Both the position numbers and the translations under genes were made by a program. A stretch of DNA of 57,592 nt, filler included, from Basidioascus undulatus (Eukaryota): the NCBI GenBank assembly GCA_000826855.1. It is 4 parts of 4 records of this genome, joined end to end, with 100 filler letters (N's around TTAATTAATTAA, not from the genome) between each part and the next. Parts side by side here need not be neighbours in the genome. Positions count along the whole stretch, not along the records: positions 25,703 to 38,438 come from JTLS01000881.1; positions 38,539 to 57,592 come from JTLS01000882.1; 2 more parts are not named here. The stretch is one strand, 5' to 3'. Every line of letters starts with the position of its first letter. The stretch's first letter is position 1. Shown one piece after another: positions 26,864 through 40,498 of the stretch. The notes below the pieces were generated by a model. That model made no database searches. It had not been told where the DNA came from and saw only the letters and a program-made list of their open reading frames with translations.

Positions 26864-28849
26864 TGGTGCGAAGGGGCGGGGAGGGGGAGCCAGGTCGCGT
26901 GCCGCTGTGTGGCGGATGGATGGCGAGCTCGAGGGGCTGGGTGGGGAGGAGGGTGTATTAGATAGGGAGTACGGTGGTGTGGATCAGGGTGCTGCGTGTG
27001 TTGTGTATGGAAACCAGAGCAGCACGCTAAGGAGGAGGAGGAGCTGATGAGGGTGAGAGGCGAAGGGGGGGCAAATTGTGGCTTCCGGCAAGGGGAAATG
27101 CGCGCCCGGCGGATCAAGCTACCGGCCATGCGAGCCGCCATTATGCGAGCCTGTCGCTTGCGCCAAAGTTTTGTTTCTCCCGGATCCACTGCGACTTGCC
27201 ACTTGCCTAACCCCTCAACATCAAAAGAAACGCTCAAATGCTCACCTCAGACGATGCGCACGAAGGTAGGAACGGCGATGATGGGCAAAGGCGGAAGAGC
27301 GACCGGTGCTACGGCCCGCTTCACGCTCGCGGCCGCGAGCTCGGAAGAGCCGGAACGAGCGAGGGGGCAAACACAGTCGTCCCTGTCCGGCTTCTTCCGG
27401 TGGGGACCCCACGCCTATCGCGTCTTCTTTCGACGGCGACCCCGCTTCGTGTGCGGAGATCAACCCGGACAGGGGAATAAAGATGTGCGACCCAGAGATG
27501 AGCATTGGTGCTCGAGACTGCGAGTGAACAGACGATGCATCCAAGAGGGCCAGAACGGCGTGAACGACGACGACAGCGACATTGAATGCGTCCAAGACGG
27601 AAATCTCACGCAGCGGGCTGGCGAGGATCGACACAGCTGTCAGCAGTACCGTTTCGACGGCCGGCACTCGTCACAAACGTTATGTAGTTGAAGCAAGTTG
27701 AAGTCGTCCCTCCCGCCAAGTGCGTGCACGTCCAGCAGAATAACGCAGATTAGAAAGACTGTGCTCTTTATTGTTCGAGCTCATGAGCCCAGGGAGGATA
27801 TATAGCCACAGCCGCTCCCTGGTGATCCCGCGTCCTCATCCCAAGTCCCAAGAGCATCTGACAACCACTCCATCTCCCTCCCTCCCTGCTCAGAGAACTG
27901 TTCAGAATCCCTCCAAGAACCATTTACCCATCCCCATCATCTGATTGACCAAAGTCCAGACCAAGACCCCCACCAAGGATACTTTCCCAGCTCCTCGCTC
28001 GGCCTCATCACGCGCCCCGACCTCCTCCGGGGCCAAGGACAGGCCTCCAGTCCCTGGCACCGGCGCAGGCGCGGTGGCGCCACTCCGCGGAATTGCCTCT
28101 CGCATATGGGAGCTTATAACTCCAAGATGACGATCAGTGGGCGCTTTAGAACCTACATTACTTCCGATAGCAGGCTTTGTATTGTGGTGCTAGGTGTGGC
28201 GCGAGCCAGAGAATGCGGAGCTTGCAATTTCCGGGCCACGCGAGCCGGACTCTGGGGATCGCGCCGAGCTGCTGCTGCGCGGCTTCGTGGACATCACATA
28301 TTCAACGCATTGGCCGTTCTTACCTACTTTCTGATGATTACATTGTTATCACCTTGGAATGGGCGACTTGTCGAAGAGAAGAGGGTGGAGGGTGTTCGTC
28401 TCCGCAAGTCAAAAGGAGGGGGGGTGGGAGTTTGAGACGCAGAGTCAGTTGTTGCTGTGTCTTCCCAGGTACTTGACTGAAATTTGAATGAATGCGCGCT
28501 TTGGTAATTGGTATTCACTAGGTTTATATATGGTGGACTTACTGACAATACGCAGTCGATGGATGGATGTCAAGTGAGCACACTGCAGTCGAGGCGGTTG
28601 AAGCTAACCATGGGGCTTTGATGTTGGCACTTGCCACGCTCTTCTAGCTTCCCAGCCAATTATTCGTAGGTAAGAAGAAGACTGCTAAAACGGGTTATGC
28701 TCAACCTTCTACTCTTCATGACGGATTCAACTTTCACTCGGAGTGACGCTATGAGCCTGCAAACGAACCGCCAGACCCGCGCCGGTACTTGAAGGCTAGG
28801 GCACTCAACCGGCTTACACGCCTTCACTCCAACAATCATCAACCCCACA

Positions 28850-29405
28850 ATGAACACCCCTGCTCTACCGGGTCTCAGCCCAACCCGTCCCCAGCCCCCC
28901 TTCGAACTAGCACCTCCTTATACCTGGACGATTCCCACCGGGAAGCAGCCGAGCTGGGACCTCGGGCGAGAGCAGCAGCACCGGGCGCTCGACTGGAGGA
29001 TTCTCCGGCCCTACCTCAACTTCTATTTACGTCTATGGGTTCGTTCCGCCGAGGAGGTGGAGGAGATCTCGACCAGTGCTCGGAGGGGCTGCCGCCTTGA
29101 TCGACGGACGAAGCTCTGCTTGGATGGCTGCGAGAGGATGTTGGGCAGGCTGAGGGAAATCGTGTTTACGGAGGAATTTATAGACGTGTGTGGCAGATCG
29201 GTGGACTTACTTCTTTCCCTAGATGGGTGCTGAGTTGACGGCCGAGGGAGCAGGGCTCGACCGGATGCGAAACGACTACTTCAAGCTGGAGCGCGCCGCA
29301 GGGGTCGCCAGTCACGAAGACGTGATGCGCCGGTTGAGCTACTTTGACCCAAGTTACAAAGAACTACGCGTTCGCAATGAGGAGGATGTACGGAGAGGCA
29401 AGTAA
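28850..29405 (+). CDS. Hypothetical protein (two putative exons)
   Basis: 127-aa and 60-aa ORFs separated by an intron-like segment. Protein-like composition, no recognisable motif, splice phase uncertain. Confidence 0.3.
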
Positions 29406-30145
29406 AAAGCGCCGAGGAGAGGGAGAGTATGTTCAATAATGCCCTACTTGCATTGCACGGCTGTTGGATGATCCGCTGTTCGTGGAGGAGATTCACCTTG
29501 AACCTCGGGTACCCCCCAGGGATAGGGATCCTACGCCACTGGAGTACCCGTTGGAAAGTGGATGAAGAGTCCATCCTGATCTGCAGTCTGCAAAGGACAT
29601 CCTTTGCAAGGGACATATATCATGTGTCGCCTTGGCGGGTTGAGCTTGAACAGACGACTTCGCACAGAAACGCGCCGGCACCGGTCTCTCCCCGACTAAT
29701 AATACAAACCTTAGGGAAGCTCAGACGGCTGCGGTATCGGCCTAGGCTTCCGGGCAACGGCGGTGCTCTGTGCGACCTGGCGGCGGACCACCTGCAGGGG
29801 CCTGCGAGATTCTCTCCTCTCGTTGAAGCTGCAGGGGAGAGCGCAAGCCCTTGGTACGACTCTTTTTTACGCGGCCCCAAATTTCAGGGCATGTCGGGTC
29901 CTGGCGGTGGCTCAGTGTCGGCCACGGCCACTGTCTGTGTGCTGAGGTGAAGCTGGCATGACTGCCATCGCACTCACCGGTGTGCCACATGCGAGGACAT
30001 TGTACGAGGCATTCAGTCTCTTTTCTAAAAATTCAACCTTGTGGTCCCGTAAGGACTAATCTCGGTTTGTGGTCAAAAGAACTGCAGTTTCGACAGCCTG
30101 CAGCAGCCTGCTGTCGGAGCTCGTACGCGCTGACCAGCGGACGGT

Positions 30146-30196
30146 TCACGTGTAACTCACCTGCAACTCACCTGCAACTTAACTCACGTGCAACTC
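30146..30196 (+). promoter_or_regulatory. Tandem E-box array (TCACSTGYAAC x4) upstream of ATG22
   Basis: TCACGTGTAAC TCACCTGCAAC TCACCTGCAAC TTAAC TCACGTGCAAC, ending about 75 bp before the ATG at 30272. Confidence 0.55.
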
Positions 30197-30271
30197 GACT
30201 GCCCTCTTCCCCTATCCTCGTCCCCTCACCTTCCTCCACGATATCTTCCTTACCCGCATATCCAAATCTGT

Positions 30272-32635
30272 ATGCTCCAAAAAGACGTACATCCTGGATA
30301 ATCTCCATCAATCCGAGGCTGTGGTACTCATCCGGGCGCTTCACAGCCTCTCCTACTCGGCTGGTTCACCGCCCAGGCAGCATTCGAGCCCGTCCGTCTG
30401 CGCTCTCTGCCGTCCCTTTTATCAAACTCGCACAATCTGACACACATACGGAGCACCAGTTTGCGATTGCAGCTGCGGGCCTATTCCTGCCTCTGACGCT
30501 CGAGGAGCTCGCGCGCACGCGCGCTGGGTGCGCGGAGGGCGACACGGGGTGCAGGGTAAGGTGGTTGGGGCTCGAGGTGGAGACGGCGAGCTATGCGTGC
30601 GTTTTTGTTCGTCTGGGTTCCGGTTTGTACTGGGGAATGCGGACGTGTGGAAAGGGAGGTAGACTATACGTCGCCAGCGCGGCCGTGGCGGCTCAGGCGC
30701 TGCTCGTCATCTCGCTCGGGTCAATAGCAGACCATCGTACGCCCACCATGCTCAATCCGACTTTACAACCTCCTACTAAACCTTCCACCCAGCGCCACAC
30801 CGCCTCCGCCTCCTCCTCATCGCCGCCCTCAGCGGCTCCACATCCCTCCTCCTCTTCTCCCCGCTGACCTCCCTCGCCTGGCCGACGTCCGCGCTCCTCT
30901 CCATGCTTGCCAACGCAAGCTTCGGCGTCGGCATGGTCTGCCTGAACGCGTTCTTGCCTGGCCTCGCACGCGCGCGGGTCGGGAAGGTCGAGGATAGCTC
31001 GGGCGTGGCGGAGGAGGTTGAGGGGTTGCTGGCGCGGGAGGCGGAGGCGGAGGGGAGGGCAGGCGCGGGACTGCCAGGCGAGGACGCGGAGGTGCTGCTG
31101 CCGAAGGAGACAGAGGCGGAGAACGAGCTGGCGCGCACGACCGCCCACTTGTCCGCCCGAGGTCTAGCCACGGGCTATGTGGGTCCTTCTTTGCGCCATA
31201 CCCGCTTAATCGCAAGGCCACTGACCCCTCCCTCTCCAGGCATCGGGCATCCTCAGCCTTCTCATCCTTCTCATCCCGCTGCTCGTCCTCCACTCGTCCC
31301 TCCGCGCCCTGAATCTCTGCATCCTCCTCACCGGCGTGATCTGGGCGCTTCTCTTCGGGCCTGCGTACTTCCTTCTGCGGCGGGGCAGCCCCAAGGCAGA
31401 GTCAGAAGAGGCGCGCGACGCCGTAGGCTGGCGCGACGTCGGGGAGGCGTGGAGGCGGCTGGGGAGGATGTTCAGGCGGGAGGAGATGGGGAGGCTCAGG
31501 AACACGTACTGGTTCTTGCTCTCTTGGACGCTGCTTTCCGACGGTGCGCTCGTTTCTTCTGCCTGGTTGTGAGCGCGGCGGCACGACGATAAGTGTACGT
31601 GCCCCGAAGCGCAGGATTCGCAACTATCACGTCCACCGCGATCCTCTTTGCCAAGACGCAGCTGTCCATGCCCGCCTCCTCCCTCCTTCTCATCATGCTC
31701 ATGTGCGTTCCCCATCTCCCGACCACATCTCCTATCAACTACTCCCATCCTCGTCCTCCCCCACACACTGTCTTTACCCTCTCTCCTCTTTTCCAGTTCC
31801 CCAATCAGCGGCGTACTCGGTGCGCTCCTCTACCCGCGCCTCCAGCGGCACCTCGACTGGTCGAACCGCTCCATACTCATCCTTCTCGGCAAGTTTCCTG
31901 CTTTCTTCTGATCTCCTCTAACAACTCAGCTTGAACTTGATGGTTAACAAATAAACACCCGCAGTCCTACTGGCTTCCCTCATCCCCATATACGGCTGTC
32001 TCGGCTTCCTCCCCGTCTTTTCCCGCATCGGCTTTGGCGGCCTGACGAGGCCGGCGGAGATGTATGTTCTGGCTGTCTGGTTCGGTAAGCTGCCCTGCTT
32101 GGCTTGGCCGCCTCGCCGCGTTGCGTCCGTCGCTCTAACGGTACACTTCTCGGCATGGGCTCAGGCTCGACATACGCTCCGTTCCAGTCCTATACGCGCG
32201 CCGTGTTCTCAGCGCTCATCCCTCCTAAGCGCGTCCTTGTTTCTCATCACCCTTCTCTTGTTGACTTCTCATGCTGACACATGTGCGCGGTTTTCTCTTC
32301 AGTGAGGAAGCGCGCTGGTTCGGTCTGTACAGCATGTCCGTCCGCAGCGTTTTCCCTCCAGACGTCCCTCCAGACGTCGCTCCATGTAAGACCCTGGTTG
32401 ATCCTCAAACCCACCCCGCAGCACGGACAAGTCCACCTCGTTCCTCGGCCCCTTTGTCGTGGGAGTCGTCGCAGACCACACCAACATCCGATTCGGGTTC
32501 TTGTTCCTGATCGTCCTCCTCCTACTGCCTGTGCCGCTGCTGGCGACTGTCGTGGACGTCGAGCAGGGTCGGCGAGACGCGGAGGAGTACTCCAAGGCGA
32601 GGGAGAGGGATAGAGCCGCAAATGTTAGTGAATGA
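30272..32635 (+). CDS. ATG22: Vacuolar amino-acid effluxer Atg22 (MFS)
   Basis: LLGWFTAQAAFEPFAIAAAGLFLPLTLEELAR; QALLVISLGSIADH; NAFLPGL; LSARGLATG; FLLSWTLLSDGFATITSTAILFAKTQL; QSYTRAVFSALIPP..EARWFGLYS(I)TDKSTSFLGP. Confidence 0.92.
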
Positions 32636-32738
32636 TACATGCTTCCGAATGTTATGGAAGTCGCGCATGCAGGACGTGCGTCGCTGCAATGCTACGAGAG
32701 ATGGAAAGCGATCGTACACATGGTCACTTCTAGCACAT

Positions 32739-34657
32739 CTACTGCAAAGTACAGTACGATCCAGAACGTTCGTTCTTGTCCTTCTTCCCCTCTTGAGTGG
32801 TGAGATACGTCCTCGGGATCCATTCGGGAAGCTCAGAGTGCGTCCCTGTGAGCTCTGCAAAAGCCATGCCTGCCACGACCTCCGCACTGCCACAAGGGGT
32901 TCAGCGACGCAATAAGCGGACATTTGCCGTGAACACGTACCAGCCAGTTGCGCGAGGCACTGAACCGACACTCGGACATAGTCAGCAAACTGGCGCGCAT
33001 GTCCACGGGCGAGGTGGGCGTACTGCCATGTCCCGAGTATCCAGCGCTGACGTATTGACCTGGAACGAGCTCGCCCGAAGGCGAGATAACCGGACCAACC
33101 TGTGGAGTTCCGTTAGCCTCGTCGGCGAACGAGTGTACGGGCAAAAGGCAAGCGCACAAGCGGGTCCTTGCTCTGCAACCAGTGGGAACGCGTCAACCGG
33201 CAGCAACTACGGCGAATCAAATCAGCAGCAACGCGCACCTTTGTAAAGCCCATGATTCCGGTCCACTCCTGCTCGACCTCGAATCTCCCCTCAAACGTCC
33301 CCGGCAAGAACCCCCTAAGCGTGCGGCCAGCCAGTTCGCTCAGCTCCGAATCGTCCGCGACGCCATACTCATGGCCAGGGACGACCGATTCCCTCCCACC
33401 GCCGAGGATGATCGGCCCGCGATCAGGGCGCTGAAAGAGATACTCGAAGCCCTCGCGCGCGCTCAGCCCCGCCGTCCAGTGCGTGTCGGGAGCGCGCACG
33501 GCGACGACTTGCCCGCGGGTCGGGACGACGGGGACGTGCGGGAGCAGGTGCGAGACGTAGGCGTTTGTGGCGTGCACGACTGTACGGGCGCGGACGGTGC
33601 CGCGCGGCGTGGAGAGGGTGTACCGCGCGTTGGAGGGGGAGGAGGCGGGGAGCGGCGTGAAGGATGTGACGGGTGTGTGGGTGTAGAGGCTGAGCGTGGG
33701 GAGGAGGGATTGCCCGTGCTGCAAGACCTTCGTGCATAGCAACTGCGTGAACCGAGGATACTGATGAGCCTCACTCCCGGGATATTAGATCTGTCTGATG
33801 CGCGCACAAGTGGGTAGAGATTGTTGCCCGAGATGCGGACCGCAGAGTACACGTCTTTTGTTTTCAGACGCTGCATGCAACCACCCTTTCAGCCACAGAG
33901 CCATACATACATAGTTCGACTGACTCACCTCCTCAACAGCTTTCTTGTCAAGCCACTCCACCTCCCCCTCCCAACCCCCAATTGTCGCAGCGTCGTAGTC
34001 GAGGCGCGCCAAGCGCTCTTCCTCGTCATTCGCGAAGAGGTGAAGGTTGCCGCCCTGGACAAGGTCGACGTCGTCCTCCCAGCCGTGCTCCTTAATCAGC
34101 GACAATACGGACGACACGACGCGGTCCTCGAAGAAAGCCATGCGCAAGGCTTCGGAGGGACCGTGCAGCGCCGAGCGCGCAGCGAATTCGAGGAAGGAGG
34201 TGCCGGTGAGATGTCCGCCATTGCGCCCTGTAGATATGGGTATGAGCCACATAATGCACCTGACGTGTCAGTATGGCACACCTGTCGCTCCGGAGCCTGA
34301 AAAGCCGGGGGTCAATAAACGTTGGAATGGGTAGGCTGGCGTGTAGGACTCACAAAAGTCCCTAGCTTCGAACACTGCCACAGTCAAAGCCCTCCCGCTC
34401 TCCTTCGCCCTCAGTGCCAGCTGAAGAGCGACATTCGTTCCCGTCATGCCGCTTCCTATCACGGCAACATCCACCTCCGCAGGCAACGGTCCATCTGCGC
34501 CCGTTCGAGCGAGGGGACTCGGCTTTGCGGTCAGCCAGTACGAGAGGGTCGGATTCGCGACCGGGAGCGGAGCTCTGCGGGATATGTGAGCTGAAAATGT
34601 GTTCTCGGTGTTTGGTATGGGAGTGTTGAGTGCGAAGAGAGATTCAGGTATCGACAT
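32739..34657 (-). CDS. FAD-dependent oxidoreductase, DAO family
   Basis: LPVANPTLSYW; DVAVIGSGMTG; FEARDFCSGATGRNGGHL; VVHATNAYVSHLLP; VPTRGQV; EWTGIMGFT; AGYSGHGMPRA. May start further upstream near 34762. Confidence 0.92.
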
Positions 34658-37600
34658 CGCTGCTGGTGGGAGGAGAAGGAGAGGGACGGCGACAACGGGC
34701 GATAACGAGGCGACCACGAAGACTTGCTGACGTGTCGATAGTGCCTGGGCCAGTACTCGCATCCTCACACAAAAAAGCACCTTGAACAAGCCGACATACC
34801 AAAGTTATACAAGTAACTGATCCGCGGAGCAGCCTGAGAGTTATAGGTCTGCGCAATGCCATTGTGTCTGATCTGCAAGACGATCTGATATAAGATGAGC
34901 TCGCATGGCACGGTGAGGACGTGAGCGACAAGCTGAGATAAATCACCCCAATGTGATGGGATCTTCCAGAATAATAACAAAAGGGTCTACGGACCGAGGC
35001 AGTAATAGAGTGAAATGAACAGGGTGTTCGTGGTGTAGATGGAACATCCAATGACGCGACGGTTTCAACCCTTCAAACACCTTGTACTGACTAAGATGTG
35101 AACCAAATAGGCAATCATTTCGGCGCATCAAAAAGATTGGAACCAGTCCAACACGCCTTCAGTTCTTTCAGAAACGGCAGATCAGGCCCTGGCAGTCATT
35201 TAGGGACACCACCGACATCGCAGTGTCCTCGGGGCCGTTTCGAATCCATTAGCAATGTCGATTACGTCTGATGTCCCGGCTAAATTGACGCGGAAGAAGC
35301 GGAGTCCCCCTGTTTGATAGGGGCCGCCACCGTCCGTGCTCTGCTTATGCGGGCTGCGGGCATGGAGGTTGCTGAGCGGGATGCTGTTGATGCCTGCGGA
35401 TCGGGATCTGTTTCTGTTGTAAGGATTTTTTAGTAGATGGTCGCTTCCTGACAACGAGAAGTGATTCCAGAATTCACTGGACCGAGCCTCACTGTGAGAA
35501 GCTAGCGTCCGTGTGTGCGCTGTACTCGGCCAAACGCACTTATGCCCGGCCAGACATCACAGTACTGATGAACAAGTTGAGTACAATCAAGCGCAGCTGA
35601 AACGTACCGGTGTACACCTCAATGTCATGCAGGCCGGCTGGACACAATCGGCGTCGTCAGTCAACACGCGAGAATATGCCGAGGCTGCTGGCTTACCGCA
35701 AACATCACTAGCAGTAGCCGCAGGGGAAATAGTCCGTAAGAAGAAGGCCCTTATTCAGGTGCGTCTGGTTGGTGCGCCTGTTTGGACGTACCTGACCAAT
35801 AGACATTCACTGGGTGCAAAGACACTAAGCTTACGGCAACTTGCACAAATGTAAGGACGTGGCGCTCACTGGCCGGTTCCAAGAAATCGAATACCTACCA
35901 GACATAAACTCCATGAGCCTCTGGGAGAACCTTGTACATCAGTCCAAAAACTTACAGCCACAACTAGACTGACAAAGAAGACCTGTGCATTATCGGCTTC
36001 CGAAATCAGCACTTGCAGGCGAGTTTGAAAAGCTGCTTACAACAGCGAAATAAGACAGTCCACCCCGAATCTGACGAAGGAAAACTTGCCCTGAATCCTT
36101 CAGGGTTGTCAAAGAGCGCGTTGAGAATGGTACTCAGCTGAGAACACGGAAGGGCCACTTGCCAAGTCAATTTGTACATGGCCAAAAACAGGATGATGAA
36201 GTCGGTGCAGGCACCTGCAAGAAATCCGTCTTCAGCTCACACAGCACTGTAGACGGTATAAAGATGCACTGAATGTACAGAAACTTTGAGGCTGGGCAGT
36301 TTGTTCTCTTCGGGATGCAGGAATACGCTCCACCTGGCATCGCCTGTGCCCAATGGGCGTGCCAACCAAACATCGCGAAGATGGCACAGCCGACTAGTGT
36401 GCCAAGCCTTCAGCGCCTTCCCAACAATGTCGAAGTAACTCCGCAAGTGAGACGCACCATTCCGGTTGAAAGCCATCCACATTCAATGCCTGTTACGATG
36501 GTGATGAGCAAGAGGCGCTGAGAGGCGCTAAAGAATCTTTGTCAATGACCTACCGACAATCGATCCTTCTTCCAGATGGCAACCGTTCGTAGCATTAGAC
36601 TCGAACTGGCGATCCATTGGCTGCCGAGCAAGCAGAACTCCGGGATGAGGTATAATGCTTGACAGTTCACTGGGGGTGTGGGACTGTTCCCTGTTTTGAA
36701 CCTGGCTGACGAATCTGCGGAATGTGAGTAACACTGAATGCGGATTCCTGACGTTCACATTTACCAATGGCTAGAGAGACCTATGTCAGTGGAAACTGAA
36801 GCGTCGTCAGGATCCGTCTAGCGAAATAGAGAAGCTGCCGGCATCGCGGCCCTCGCGTCAGTTTCACTTTCGCTTGCTCTGAGCTGCGGACAGGACTTCA
36901 CGAGTATTGGGTAGAGATTACCATCGTCCACTTCTAGGGGGTACTTCCAGTCGCAAAGCGCCGGCCTGATTGGTGCAGTCACCATGAGCTTCCGACCTAG
37001 AGACAAGTGGATTAGTCACCAGGATCACACGTCAGTATCCAAAGCGCTCGATGGATTGGCTGGTGGGCTGGACCGCAACCTACCCACAACTGCGAATTAT
37101 AGCAAGTCTTTGTCAGATTCTGATATGATAGGAGACCCTTCCTGCACATTACCCCGAAAAAGGCGTAAACCAGGGCGGCATAAATCTCTAGACGCAGTGG
37201 ACGTAAGTTGGTTGTCGTCTTGGCTGCGGAGGCCAGGACAATGAGCCTCGTACGCTGATCACGCTGGACCGTACTTGCAGAGCTGAAGTCCGCCATGGTG
37301 CAAACGATGGAGCCTTCGGCTCGAGAAAGCGAAGGGGCAATGGGCAACGATCGTCTATCTGTGTTCCCGAAGTGAGGTGAAGGTACAATAGTATTCTTGC
37401 GCTTTTCTGTCACCTTCTCCAGGGACGAGGGTAGGCTCTTGCCCGACTTCCTGGCGGAGGCCGTTCAGAACAGGAAGTCTTTGAACCTTCCCCGACGGGG
37501 GAAACCTCCGGTCCTCCCAAAGCGGCATCAGACAAATGCCCGCTTTAGACTCGACCTTGTCAAGTACAGATCTACACATTCAGAAAGTGCTCGAGATACG

Positions 37601-38298
37601 CAGGACCCACCCTCTTTCTCAGTTTTACATATTCTGCAGCCGTATTCATATGTCTTGCGACTTTTTTCGCCTTTGGGAGCGGCCACGTTGAGAAAAGAAG
37701 GGGTCAGGCACGATAGGTGTCCAACGGTACGCACGACGTTCCGTGTGCTCGCAATGTGGGCCGCCGTGGGCGCCTCGATGGGACAGGTTCCATCATATGA
37801 GCCCAAATGAGCCGCTGGCGGTTGTGTTAGTCTGACGTCAGCCTGTGATTGTCGGGCGGTCTTGTTCTTGCCCCGCTGACACGCCGCGGCAAGGCTGCTT
37901 CCCCGCCGTTCTTCTACACCCAACACTGAGCATTCCATTTGTTCGACCGATAGACCTCGATAGTTTGCCGCAGCCTGCTTTGCAAAAAAAAAGAAACGCA
38001 ACGCATTACACTTCAGCTCGGCAAGATCGTTCCGCAAAGACGATTAATCGGAGTTCATAAACTAGAGACAAAACTCGACACAAAGGGAATACATTAAGCA
38101 AAACAACATCTAGAATCTGTCCGATATGTACGGCAGTGCATCATCGTTCAAGAAGCTGCAAAGGAAGACGCAGCGCAGCGTCAGCATCTCCACTCCCGAG
38201 CATGGACGAGCGACCTGCCTGCAACCATTCCAGAAAGCGCGCGCTCGACGCACCTTGAGTGCAGTCCCTCCTCCATCTCTCTCCCCCACCCTCACCCC

Positions 38299-38438
38299 TC
38301 ACGCAGCCGTAGCCGGCTCCGGAGCCTTCTTAGCCTCAGGCGTGGTCGTCGCGAACATCTCGCGGAAGCGGCCGAGGAGGCCGCCCTCGCTCGCGGGCTG
38401 GCTCGTGACCTCGTCCCGGTCATCGCGGTCCCCGACCT
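38299..38438 (-). CDS. 3' end of an unidentified gene (truncated by contig boundary)
   Basis: GC3-rich frame ...DRDDRDEVTSQPASEGGLLGRFREMFATTTPEAKKAPEPATAA*. Confidence 0.5.
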
Positions 38439-38538
38439 NNNNNNNNNNNNNNNNNNNNNNNNNNNNNNNNNNNNNNNNNNNNTTAATTAATTAANNNNNN
38501 NNNNNNNNNNNNNNNNNNNNNNNNNNNNNNNNNNNNNN
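38439..38538. other. Artificial contig spacer
   Basis: N44-TTAATTAATTAA-N44. Confidence 0.98.
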
Positions 38539-39293
38539 GCTGAATGCCGAGGGCCGCCGTATCCGTTGGATTCCCGCTGCCCGCTGTGGCTGCTCGCCTC
38601 CGCGATGTGGGCCAGCGGCGCCCCTCCACCGGCGCCCCCTGGCCCACCGTCTCCATCCCCGCCATCGACGCTGAATAGCGTCGTCGGCTTTGTACTCGCG
38701 TACGTGATCCCGCTGCGGAACGTCTTGCCCGTGCTGTCGGCGATGCTCGCCGTGTACGCGACGCTGTGGTCCGACCCGGCCGAGGACGTCGGCTGGTACT
38801 GGTGCCGCGGGGCTATAGGCCGAATGGACGCGTCCTCGTCGACGTACTGCGCGGTGAGGTGCGAGCCGGAGTCGGAGGGTCTGGGAGAGGGTGTGCGGGA
38901 TGAGGAGCGTGGGATGGAGGACAGCTCGGACTGCGCCCGGCCGTTGGAAAGCGAGGGTGTGCGCGGCGGGACCGGCCCGCTCATCGAGTGCGTCGGTCGC
39001 CTGGGCATGGGCGGGGGCACTTCTATGGCTGGCGGAGTAGCGCCGTTGAGGGTCGAGCGGCGCTTAGAGCTGCGCCGGACGGTGCTGTCCTCGAGCGCCT
39101 GCTTCTGATGCGGCCGCGCAGTTTCCGCCTCGGCGCCGTGCGAGCTCGTGCTTCGCCGCCCCAGGCGACGCGCGATCCAGCCGATGAACGGCTTCGAGCT
39201 CTTCTTTTTGGGCTTCGGCAAGGTGTTGGGTGAGAGCGTCTGGGAGGGCGGAGAACCGGGGCTGGCTGTCGACGGCGCTGGGGCGGTGCTCAT
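38539..39293 (-). CDS. Ser/Pro/Arg-rich, largely disordered hypothetical protein, 5' part (truncated)
   Basis: About 250-aa intronless ORF with GC3 bias. Islands WIARRLG, VDEDASIRPIAP, STKPTTLFSVD and AHIA resemble a basidiomycete uncharacterised family (from recall, unverified). Confidence 0.7.
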
Positions 39294-40498
39294 GACGGAT
39301 GGACGAGCACGGGCCGAGGATGCGGGAGCGGGAGATTCTAATGAACGATATGAGGCGTCAGCGTGGCTTGGAGTCGCTTCTGGGGCTTGTAGACGACCTC
39401 GGATTGGCGGGCAGGAATTCAGGGCAGCAGGAGATGAGGCACCGCAGCACCCGCCCTCGCGGGTGAGAAGGGTGAGGTACGCGCAACCCAGTTCCCATCA
39501 AAGCGCAATAGGCAGCTCAGCGGGCCGTAGACCATGCAGGTCGATGATTACGACTCCCATATGTCTGCGATGTCCTCATACCCCTCAACACAGCAACTCA
39601 CAGGAAAAGTAGACAGTCGGCGGACGTGACGTCCCGGAAGCGCAGGCTCGATCTCTCAGCCGCACAGTCTGTGTCCATGCCGATCAAATAAGTTTCGTTT
39701 CCTGGTGCCCAAAAGATACACCCAAATGCTCACCAGAAGTACACTGTAAGACGGTAAACACGCAGCAACGACACAAATGAGCTTAGGATGGCGGGAGGAG
39801 GGAAAGAGCCGTGGGCTTGGGTGGTTGAGACGGGACCGGTCACGAGCTTGTGAGCTCGGGCCCTGAACTGTCAGCATGACAGCAAGGTACAGCTACAATA
39901 TCCGATCTGCTTGACAGACAGGCTGTTGCTTGTTTTCGTTGTATCAATCTTCGTGTTCATGGCAATTAGACTGCCATCTATGAAGAACGCTATGCTTGAG
40001 AAAAGATAGATCCACTGAACAGCAACGCTAAGATCTCATTGGTATCATCTCATTCTGGCTTGGTATAATGGGGAGGCGGTTGGCTGATTCCCGCATCCCG
40101 GTTAATTGCAGTAGAAAGTCGAGAACGCATCCCAGGACGGATATCACTGAAGATGAGATCTACAGGTAACTTCACCTGAGGAGCGTTGGTCCGGGGAACC
40201 GTTCAAAAAGCAGCACGCTGACGTTCACGCAGTCCGTGTAGGATTCACGTTGCCTTGCGATCAGCTTGCTTTGCCCGACCATCTGTTCGATACATCGTCC
40301 TGCTTTTTAAGGCCTGGAAATTGGCTTAACGTCACCGACCGAAGTTCTTTGGCAGTATAAGACACAAGTTGTAGTGCCGGTCCTGACCAAGCTGACTCGC
40401 TGCAACATGAGATGCCCAGCTCCTCGGTACAATGCAGCATCGACAAGTTTTCAGCTCCAACATTTCAAATTCATTTACCCCTATTTCTTTCAATACAT

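Noticed and set aside
27902..28105. 67-aa ORF with a hydrophobic end as a small membrane protein
   Set aside because: It could be a terminal exon, but there is no motif or convincing upstream exon chain.
25703..34657. Zn2Cys6 TF + MFS + oxidoreductase as a secondary-metabolite cluster
   Set aside because: The MFS is housekeeping ATG22, there is no backbone synthase, and the TF is about 3.4 kb away.
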